DNA from: Candidatus Latescibacterota bacterium
GTDB lineage: Bacteria; Latescibacterota; UBA2968; UBA8231
Reading direction: 5' to 3'
Assembly (NCBI GenBank): GCA_965242865.1
Contig: CBDETK010000013.1
Span: forward strand, 1,664,001 to 1,728,000
Length of the DNA: 64,000 nt
Shown: piece by piece, positions 57,086 through 64,000 of the stretch
How the letters are laid out: the number at the start of each line of letters is the position of its first letter
Position numbering within the stretch: position 1 is the stretch's first letter
Notes under the pieces: model-generated
Told to the model about the DNA's origin: nothing
Database searches by the model: none
What the model saw: only the letters and a program-made list of their open reading frames with translations
Translations under genes and position numbers: made by a program

Positions 57086-58779
57086 ATCTGCTACGGTTTT
57101 TATGCGTCGGCCTGGTCCTCGCCGGTTGTGCCAAGGATGCCGAGGAACTAGAAGATCCGGTTTTGGCCCAAGTGGGCGACCGCCGGATAACGGCTTCTCA
57201 ACTGATCGACTTTGAGCAGCGCGTGCCGGCGCAGCTCAAGACCAAGAAAGCTGGCTTGGACGGCTACCGCGATTATTTGCAGACGATTATCGACAAGGAG
57301 ATTTTCGTCCAAGAAGCGCTCAACAGGGGGCTCGACGAAACGCCGGAGGTGGCACAGAAGCTGGCGCGGGAAAAGGCCGAGCGGGTGTTGCGGCTGTTGT
57401 TCGAGCGCGAATTTCTCGCCAACGTCCACGTCGATGAGCAGGAGCTGCGCGCGGCCTACGAGGCTGCGGACCCAGAGCGCGAAGTCAAGCTGCGCCTAAT
57501 CATCGTGGCCACCCAGCAAGAAGCCGAGGAAATCCGGCAAAGCCTTGCCGACGGGCGGGATTTCGCCGAACTGGCCCTCAGCCGGTCGCTGCACCAATCA
57601 ACGGCGCCGCACGGCGGGGAACTCGACGGCTATCTGACCGCCAACCGCATCCCGATTTACCTGCAACCGTACATCAACGCGCTCGCAGTCGGCGAGTACT
57701 CAGAGCCGATCGGCTTGCCCAATGGCCAGTTTGGGATCTATCAAGTCATGTTCGCCCGGCCCGTGAGTTTTGCCACGGCGAGCCACGCGCTGGAAGCCAA
57801 GTTGAGAGAGGAAAAGACGACCGCGCTCATAGAGGCATTCCTAGCGCAACTGCGGACCGACATCGGCTTGCAGGCCAACGCCGAGACCTTGCGCCAGCTC
57901 CAGCAACAAGTGGCGGCCGGGCGCAGAGAGTTCAGCGCGGCCGAACGCGCCGAGGCACTCTTTCAATTTCGCGGCGGCCGGGTCACCGTGGGCGATTTTT
58001 GGCAGTACGCCGACGAGCTGAAGATGGGCTTTTCCGGCGACATAGCCGAGTCCGTGCGCTGGTTTGCCGAAGATGTGCTGCTGCCCCGCGCCTTGTTTTT
58101 GCACGTGGCATACAAAAGGGGCTTGGACCGCGAAGAGCCGATCGTGCGTTGGGAGCAGCGTCGCAAAGACGCGCTGTTGCTGTTGGCCCTTCGGCAGACA
58201 GCGGTCAAGGACCAAGTCCACATTGAGCCAGAGGCCGTCAGGAACCTATACGACGAGCGGCCCGAATTGTTTACCGCCCCAGAGGAGGTCTCGTTGCAGG
58301 AGATCATGGTGCAAACCCGGGCCGAGGCCGTTGCGCTCAAGGAGCGGATCGAAGCGGGGGAGCCGATGGGGCCGCTCGCGGACGAACACACCTTGCGCGC
58401 CGTAGGCAAGGGGGCGCAAGGCCAATTCCACATCCACGCCTTTGAACAATCCTTCTACCGCGAATTGATCGACGCGGTGCGCAACGCCGAGGTCGGCGGG
58501 TTGTACGGCCCGCTAGCGGTGACCGCGCAGGCCGCGCAGGTGGTTGGCCCGGAGGCCATGCCGCGGGGCGGCGAGTACTATTCGGTGTTCAAGGTGCTGG
58601 AATCGAATTTCGGTAGTGCGCCCGAGCCTTTTGACACGGCGGCGAAGCGAGCGCGGGTGCTGTTGAAACGCGCTGAGGAGAGCCGCTTGGCCGACGAGTT
58701 CCTGCGGCGGCTGCGGCGGGATTACGACGCGCGGGTTGTCGTGTATGAGGACCGCCTCGAGACGGTGTTGCCCCAATGA
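57082..58779 (+). CDS. Lipoprotein chaperone with two PpiC/parvulin PPIase domains (SurA/PrsA-like)
   Basis: Lipobox LAGC, VLAQVG...IT, F.ELA..RS....GGE, second domain EIMV...MGPLADEHT. Confidence 0.85.
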   Translation: MNLLRFLCVGLVLAGCAKDAEELEDPVLAQVGDRRITASQLIDFEQRVPAQLKTKKAGLDGYRDYLQTIIDKEIFVQEALNRGLDETPEVAQKLAREKAERVLRLLFEREFLANVHVDEQELRAAYEAADPEREVKLRLIIVATQQEAEEIRQSLADGRDFAELALSRSLHQSTAPHGGELDGYLTANRIPIYLQPYINALAVGEYSEPIGLPNGQFGIYQVMFARPVSFATASHALEAKLREEKTTALIEAFLAQLRTDIGLQANAETLRQLQQQVAAGRREFSAAERAEALFQFRGGRVTVGDFWQYADELKMGFSGDIAESVRWFAEDVLLPRALFLHVAYKRGLDREEPIVRWEQRRKDALLLLALRQTAVKDQVHIEPEAVRNLYDERPELFTAPEEVSLQEIMVQTRAEAVALKERIEAGEPMGPLADEHTLRAVGKGAQGQFHIHAFEQSFYRELIDAVRNAEVGGLYGPLAVTAQAAQVVGPEAMPRGGEYYSVFKVLESNFGSAPEPFDTAAKRARVLLKRAEESRLADEFLRRLRRDYDARVVVYEDRLETVLPQ

Positions 58780-58798
58780 GAATTTTTAGACGGAGTGC

Positions 58799-59050
58799 AT
58801 GATGTCAAAAATCACCTTTGAATGTCCAGATGATATTCTGCAAACCCTCGGCGAAACGCCTGTACACTTCGCTGAAAAAGGACGTCTGCTGATAGCTGTC
58901 AAACTGTTTGAACTCGGGCGTCTGTCTTCCGGGCAAGCCGCTCGATTTGCGGGTATGGACCGCGTTGTATTTTTAGACGCCTTAAAGACCTACCAAGTAT
59001 CGGCTATCAATCTATCCCCGGAAGAATTGGCAAAGGAAAGAATCAACTAG
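58799..59050 (+). CDS. UPF0175 family protein (orphan antitoxin-like)
   Basis: AVKLFELGRLSSGQAARFAGMDRVVFL; the usual PIN-like DUF3368 partner is absent. Confidence 0.85.
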   Translation: MMSKITFECPDDILQTLGETPVHFAEKGRLLIAVKLFELGRLSSGQAARFAGMDRVVFLDALKTYQVSAINLSPEELAKERIN

Positions 59051-59053
59051 AGT

Positions 59054-59133
59054 CGTCATTCCCGCACACGGACGTCACCCCGTGCTCCGACACGGGGCGG
59101 GAATCCAGTCTTGAATGATGTAGGATTGCTATA
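59054..59133 (+). repeat. 80-bp nested REP-like element, copy 2
   Basis: Identical to 56456-56535 except 4 mismatches in one 7-nt linker (GAAAGAA vs ACACGGA); runs into TGCTATAAT. Confidence 0.9.
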
Positions 59134-59174
59134 ATAGCTAGCGTGTCCCTCGTTCTTTAGAAAGGAGAGTTTCC

Positions 59175-59678
59175 GTGACCGATATATCTTTCGACGATTT
59201 CGTCGACCAACAAATAGCCAAGACCAAGCCATCAATTGACAGGCCCCAAAGACGCGACGATTGGGTCGAGCATCTCGATGAATTCTACCAGCTAGCCGAA
59301 GAATTCCTGCGGAAATACATTGAGCAAGACAAGGTCCATCTTACGCGGGCCACCAAGCAGATCAATGAGGAATATATGGATAGTTATGACGTGGCATCTC
59401 TCGAGGTCCAGATTGGTGCCGTCAATGTTCGCTTCGACCCCATCGGTACAAACCTGATCGGTGCCAAAGGTCGTGTAGATATGCACGGGCCGCACGGCAC
59501 GGTCAAGTTTGTTCTCGTCCCGAAAACCGCTTCGTCCCCGAGGATTCCAAAGGATGAACCGGAACCTGTTGTGGAGGAGTGGGCGTGGAAAATACTTACG
59601 CCACCTCCGAACATCAAACACATCGAACTTGTGGAGGAGTCCTTTCTTTCCGCAATAATGGAAGCTGCGAATGCCTAG
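59175..59678 (+). CDS. Hypothetical protein (cassette gene)
   Basis: AAAGGAG RBS, GTG start; motif PIGTNLIGAKGRVD; AT-richer. Confidence 0.7.
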   Translation: MTDISFDDFVDQQIAKTKPSIDRPQRRDDWVEHLDEFYQLAEEFLRKYIEQDKVHLTRATKQINEEYMDSYDVASLEVQIGAVNVRFDPIGTNLIGAKGRVDMHGPHGTVKFVLVPKTASSPRIPKDEPEPVVEEWAWKILTPPPNIKHIELVEESFLSAIMEAANA

Positions 59679-59856
59679 TGCGCGGAGAGTCACGTTTTCT
59701 GGAGAACATCTCCCACTTGTCGAGATTGCCCAATATTATAGCGACATTGAAGCAGCCGTAAGGAACTACTTTTCGTTATCGAACAAAAACACCCGTATCC
59801 AAGAGCACTCTCACCTGTTTCTGAGGAGGACAAATCGTGAAGATCACCAATGTTGA
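59671..59856 (+). pseudogene. Probable truncated partner gene (N-terminal fragment only)
   Basis: Overlaps the stop of 59175-59678; protein-like for ~40 codons, then runs into the leader of the next gene. Confidence 0.4.
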
Positions 59857-60991
59857 AGTCATTCGTTTTCGCACCAAGCATCGCGGCCGCAGTGCAGGAT
59901 CGCGCTGGGGCTACGGAGTGTGGATTGACGACGAAGAAGTAGAAAGCACCGGGGCGATCACCCGAATTTCCACCGACGAGGGCGTCGCCGGGCACAGCTT
60001 GGGCGGCAGCAAGGCGACCATGGAAGGCCCGGTCAAAGCCCTCCTCGTCGGCGAGGATCCCCTCAACCGCGAGAAGCTATGGCATTGGATGGACCAGATG
60101 TCCACGTTTGGCCACGGCCTCGCCGAACACGAGCTCGGGATTGTCGATTGCGCCCTGTGGGACTTGGCCGGGCAAAAAGCCGGCATGCCCGTGTACCAAC
60201 TCTTGGGCGGCGTCCGCGACACAGTCGAAGCATACGCCAGCACCTACCCGAACTTGGGCGACCCCGAGGTGTACGCCGCGCTGGCGCGAGAATGCGTCCA
60301 GCGCGGGTACAAAGCCTTCAAGGTCCACGCCAACATCTGCTGGAATCCGCACACCCGACAACCCGCGCCGCAACTGCCGGGATTTCCCAAGGAAGACATG
60401 GCGATCTGTCGCGCGGTGCGCGAGGCCGTGGGCGACGACATCGTGCTGATGCTCGATCCGTTTGGCGTCTATACCCTCGAAGAGTCGCTGGGGGTCGCGC
60501 GGGAATTGGAAGCACTCAATTACTACTGGTTGGAACACCCGATGGTCGAGACGCGGGTGGAGTCCTATCGCCGCTTGACCCAGCAAACCGCCATTGCGAT
60601 ATGCTCGCCCGAACACGTCAAGGGCGGTCCCTTTGCGCGGGCCGAGTGGCTGTTGCAAGGGGCCTGCGACATGCTGCGGATCGACGTGAATTACGGCGGC
60701 ATCACCGGCTGCTGGAAGCTGGTCAATTTGTGCCAGCTCTACGGCGTGCAATGCGAGTTGCACGGGGTGGGTGCTCCGCATCTGCACTTGGCCGCGGCCG
60801 CCCCGGAGGCCACCTGTCGCTATTACGAGCGCGGGCTGTTGCGCCCCGGGCGCGACTACGATGCCAGCCCGCCGCACCTCGATCAGATCGCCGATCCCAT
60901 GGATGGCGAAGGGCGCGTCCACGTATCGCCGGAGCCGGGGCTGGGCATGGCTTACAACTGGGACTATATCCATGCCAACCGCCTCGATTGA
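59837..60991 (+). CDS. Mandelate racemase/muconate lactonizing enzyme family (acid-sugar dehydratase-like)
   Basis: VDCALWDLAG, PVYQLLGG, FKVH, MLDP, WLEHP, PE, ELHG, PGLG. Confidence 0.9.
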   Translation: MKITNVEVIRFRTKHRGRSAGSRWGYGVWIDDEEVESTGAITRISTDEGVAGHSLGGSKATMEGPVKALLVGEDPLNREKLWHWMDQMSTFGHGLAEHELGIVDCALWDLAGQKAGMPVYQLLGGVRDTVEAYASTYPNLGDPEVYAALARECVQRGYKAFKVHANICWNPHTRQPAPQLPGFPKEDMAICRAVREAVGDDIVLMLDPFGVYTLEESLGVARELEALNYYWLEHPMVETRVESYRRLTQQTAIAICSPEHVKGGPFARAEWLLQGACDMLRIDVNYGGITGCWKLVNLCQLYGVQCELHGVGAPHLHLAAAAPEATCRYYERGLLRPGRDYDASPPHLDQIADPMDGEGRVHVSPEPGLGMAYNWDYIHANRLD

Positions 60992-61023
60992 GCGGGAGGG
61001 ACTAGGGGCCGCGAGGTGAGCGG

Positions 61024-62697
61024 ATGCTGCGGTGGGCCCCGGGGATCGTCTTTGCTCTGGCGTTGAGCCTGCGGCTGGCGCATGCGTTGCAGATGTCGGC
61101 CAGCCCCCTTTTTGCCATGCCGGTGGTCGATGCGGCCACCTACGCCGAACAGGCCGCCGGCATAGCCGCGGGCAACTGGTTGGGGCGCGACCAAGGCCCG
61201 TTTTGGCAACCCCCGCTCTATCCTTACTTCCTCGGCCTAATCAAGCTCGCATTTCCCGAATCCTTTTACCACGCATCCCGCTGGGCGCAGGCACTCATCG
61301 GCAGCCTTACCTGTGTGTTGCTGTACTGGGTTGGGCAGCGGCTTTTTGGCCACGGCGTCGCCTTCTGCGGCGGCCTCGTGGCCGCGGCGTACGGGCCGCT
61401 GATTTACTTTGACGCCCGGCTCTTGCCGACGGGGCTGGCCACGGTTCTCACCTTGGTCAGTCTGTTGCTGTTAATGCGCGCGGTCGAGCGGCCGACGCGC
61501 TGTGGTTTTATGGTCGCGGGGTTTGCGCTGGGCCTGGCCGCGCTGAGCGCGGCGATCCTCGCGGCCTTGATTCCGGGCGTGGCCCTCTGGCTGTTCTATT
61601 GGCAACGGAAAAGGGCCGCGCCTTTTGTGCTGGGTGCTCTGCTGGCGATTGCGCCCGTGACCCTGAGAAATTACACCATCGGCGGCGACCTCGTGCCGAT
61701 CTCCTACAACGGCGGCGTGAACTTCTACGTGGGGAACAACGCAAACTCCGAGCGGACGCTCGCCCTGCGCCCGGGGTGGGAATGGGAGGAATTGGTGGCT
61801 TGGCCGCTGCGAGAAGGAATCACCCGCCCTTCGGCCAAGTCTTGGTTCTTTTATCAGCAGGCCCTTGAGTACATCCTGAACGCGCCCCTCGATTACCTGG
61901 GGTTGCTGGCGGCAAAAACAGCCCAGTTCTGGCGCGGCCACGAAATAGAGCGCAACCAAGAGCTGTACTACTGGCGCAAGTACTCCAGCGTGCTCGCTGC
62001 TACCTTGTGGCAATGGGGCGTGGCCTTTCCCTTTGGCGTGGTAAGCCCGCTCGCGCTGCTGGGCCTGCTGGTGTACACCCGGCGGCAAGGCTTGGCCCTG
62101 CCGGTGCTTTTCGTCCTCGGCTACAGCTTGGCGGTGATCTCCTTTTTTGTCGCGGCGCGCTACCGCCTGCCAATCGTGCCGCTGCTGATTTTGTTCGCCG
62201 CTTACGGGGGAAGTTGGCTGTATGCAAGGGGGCGACAAGCGCTTTGGCCGACGGCTTTGCTCGCCGTTTTGATCCTGTTGGTCAATTGGGACCTGCCGCC
62301 GATGGATGGGCGGGGCCGAGCCGCCACGCACAACGACTTGGGCAACGCGTACCTGCGACAGGGCCGCGGCGAGCTGGCCCTGCTCAAATACGAACAAGCC
62401 ACCCGGCTCGACTCAACGTATTGGCAGGCTTGGTTCAACCTCGGCTCGTTGCGCGCACTGCGCGGCGATTTGCACGGTGCCTTGCCCATCCTCTTAAACG
62501 TGTTGGAGCGCGAGCGGGAACGCGCGGACGTGTGGAGCAATGTGGCCGGCGTCTATGTGGGGTTGGGGCAATATCAGCAGGCGGCCGAGGTGCTCGAACA
62601 GGCTGCGGTTGTCGCGCCGCGGGCGGATATAGACACGGCGTTGGCGCGGGTGCAGGCCATGCTGGGGAAGCCGAGGCGCGGTGGCCGCGACGACTAG
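61024..62697 (+). CDS. GT39/ArnT-like membrane glycosyltransferase with C-terminal TPRs
   Basis: VDAATY, PPLYPYFL, NGGVNFYVGNN, RYRLP; TPR motifs HNDLGNAY, AWFNLG, VWSNVA. Confidence 0.85.
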   Translation: MLRWAPGIVFALALSLRLAHALQMSASPLFAMPVVDAATYAEQAAGIAAGNWLGRDQGPFWQPPLYPYFLGLIKLAFPESFYHASRWAQALIGSLTCVLLYWVGQRLFGHGVAFCGGLVAAAYGPLIYFDARLLPTGLATVLTLVSLLLLMRAVERPTRCGFMVAGFALGLAALSAAILAALIPGVALWLFYWQRKRAAPFVLGALLAIAPVTLRNYTIGGDLVPISYNGGVNFYVGNNANSERTLALRPGWEWEELVAWPLREGITRPSAKSWFFYQQALEYILNAPLDYLGLLAAKTAQFWRGHEIERNQELYYWRKYSSVLAATLWQWGVAFPFGVVSPLALLGLLVYTRRQGLALPVLFVLGYSLAVISFFVAARYRLPIVPLLILFAAYGGSWLYARGRQALWPTALLAVLILLVNWDLPPMDGRGRAATHNDLGNAYLRQGRGELALLKYEQATRLDSTYWQAWFNLGSLRALRGDLHGALPILLNVLERERERADVWSNVAGVYVGLGQYQQAAEVLEQAAVVAPRADIDTALARVQAMLGKPRRGGRDD

Positions 62698-64000
62698 AAT
62701 CTGGTTTTTTCGCTTGGCGACCGTGGGAGTCGGCGCGGCCTTGGTGATCGGGGCCGAGGGCCTGCTGCGGCTCGTGCCGGGCTGGGGGCCAGTGCCGTTG
62801 GTCGCCACCTTAGTTGAGGACGAGGCGACCGGCCAATCGCTGCACGCCACGAGTCGGTTTTACGCCCAGCGATTTTTTACCCAGTACCAGGGTCGGCTGA
62901 CGGCGGCCGGTCAGATGGGAGAGCACTTTTTTGTCGAACCCGCGCCGGCCAACCGCTATCGCGTCGTTTTTGTCGGTGCTTCGACCGTGCAGGGGTTCCC
63001 CTATCCGCGCCGGTTGGCCGCGGCGTCCTTTTTGCAGGCGATGCTGGCGGATGCGTGGCCGGAGCGCACGGTGGAGGTCGTCAACTTGGGCATTACGTCC
63101 ATTGCCAGCTTTGCGGTGGCGCAAGTGGTGGAAGATGCGCTGGCGCTGACGCCGGATCTGGTCGTCGTCTATACCGGGCACAACGAGTTCTACGGGTTGT
63201 ACGGCGCAGGGCGGCACCATCGGCTGCAGTACTTTTGGCGGCAACTGCATTTGACGCATTTAGTGGGGGGCCTGATAGGGGGCTATGGGGCCAAGACGGA
63301 TTTGCTAAAAATGGCGGCCGAGCGCGGCGCAGTGCCGTGGGGCAGCCCCGGTCGAGCACGGGCCGAGCAGAATTTGCGCGCCAACTTGCAGCGCGTGGGG
63401 CGGCTCTGCGAGCGAGCGCAGGTGCCCTTAGTGTTGTGTACGGTCGTGGCGAATGACGCGGGCTTTGCGCCGGTGGGCTCGACCGAGGGGGGCGCGGCGT
63501 GGAAGGCGCGGGTGGAGCAAGCGGCGCAGCGGTTGACGCGAGGGTACGTCGCGCCGGAGGAGGCCGAAGCCGCGCTGCAGCAATTGGAGCAAGCCGCCGC
63601 CCTGTCGAGCGAACACGCTTGGCTGTGCTATTTGCAAGGCCGGGCGCTGGAACGCTTGGGGCGGAACGCTCAAGCGCGGCGGGCCTTTCGCCGGGCGCGG
63701 GATTTGGACACCAAGCCGTGGCGCGCTCCCACGGCCCACAATGCGGTGATTCGCGCGGTTGCCGCCGAGCACGAGGCCGGGTTGGCGGATGTGGAAGCGG
63801 CGTTTGCGGCCGTTGCGCCAGCGCAGGGCGTGGGGTGGGAGTGGATGGTGGATCACGTTCACTTCTCGGTGGCCGGGCAGGTGCTGTTGGCGCGAACCGT
63901 TCTCCATAGCATCGCCCAACGGCAGCCCATAGACTTGGGCTTGCTGCAAAGCGAGGAGGCGTATCGGCGCGCCTTGGGCGACCTGCCGGTGGAGCGCGCG
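62681..64000 (+). CDS. Membrane-anchored SGNH hydrolase with TPR insertion, 3' end beyond the right edge
   Basis: Not in the ORF track. Manual translation from GTG 62681: TM helix, RVVFVGASTVQGFPY, EVVNLG, YTGHNEFYG, TPR-like helices, DHVHFS. Confidence 0.82.
   Translation, partial: MAATTRIWFFRLATVGVGAALVIGAEGLLRLVPGWGPVPLVATLVEDEATGQSLHATSRFYAQRFFTQYQGRLTAAGQMGEHFFVEPAPANRYRVVFVGASTVQGFPYPRRLAAASFLQAMLADAWPERTVEVVNLGITSIASFAVAQVVEDALALTPDLVVVYTGHNEFYGLYGAGRHHRLQYFWRQLHLTHLVGGLIGGYGAKTDLLKMAAERGAVPWGSPGRARAEQNLRANLQRVGRLCERAQVPLVLCTVVANDAGFAPVGSTEGGAAWKARVEQAAQRLTRGYVAPEEAEAALQQLEQAAALSSEHAWLCYLQGRALERLGRNAQARRAFRRARDLDTKPWRAPTAHNAVIRAVAAEHEAGLADVEAAFAAVAPAQGVGWEWMVDHVHFSVAGQVLLARTVLHSIAQRQPIDLGLLQSEEAYRRALGDLPVERA

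Noticed and set aside
56456-59133. Composite transposon or prophage att sites
   Set aside because: No transposase, integrase or phage genes; the enclosed PPIase looks like a native member of the operon.

Overview
GC-rich bacterial chromosomal window, densely coding and almost all on the + strand after 7 kb. It has no rRNA, tRNA, CRISPR array, integrase or transposase. The gene content (FlgD/CHU_C-type C-terminal domain protein, many mandelate racemase and Gfo/Idh enzymes, PQQ-like propellers) suggests a diderm FCB/PVC-type environmental organism (inference only). Left to right: (1) a leftward operon, NAGPA-like hydrolase, Ldh_2 dehydrogenase and Gfo/Idh oxidoreductase, ending in a translationally coupled pair of dynamin-like GTPases (the second is missing from the ORF track because it runs off the edge); (2) cysS and catabolic genes; (3) a ~21-kb operon-like cluster (16215-37610), the most interesting object here, with four secreted PQQ-like beta-propellers, an EhpF/LuxE-like adenylating enzyme, an ALDH/LuxC-like reductase, an Fe-ADH, a HemN-like radical SAM enzyme, a PaaK-like ligase, a flavin-dependent halogenase-like enzyme, a CxxC-bearing GT4, a TonB receptor and a Na+/solute symporter, but no scaffold synthase; (4) a second TonB receptor and a tandem pair of duplicated GT-C-like membrane proteins; (5) enolase-superfamily genes; (6) an envelope locus with a CTD-bearing protein, two paralogous ~100-kDa Asp/Asn-rich exported proteins and a SurA/PpiC-like chaperone. 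One of those paralogs carries a 12-unit 15/16-bp REP-derived tandem array in its leader. Throughout, small AT-richer cassettes (TA modules, orphan antitoxins, wHTH+TIR, DUF3800) are wedged between operon genes, and a REP-like palindrome occurs in an 'empty' form and in two nested 'filled' forms. All protein calls come from motif recognition by eye, not from database searches.
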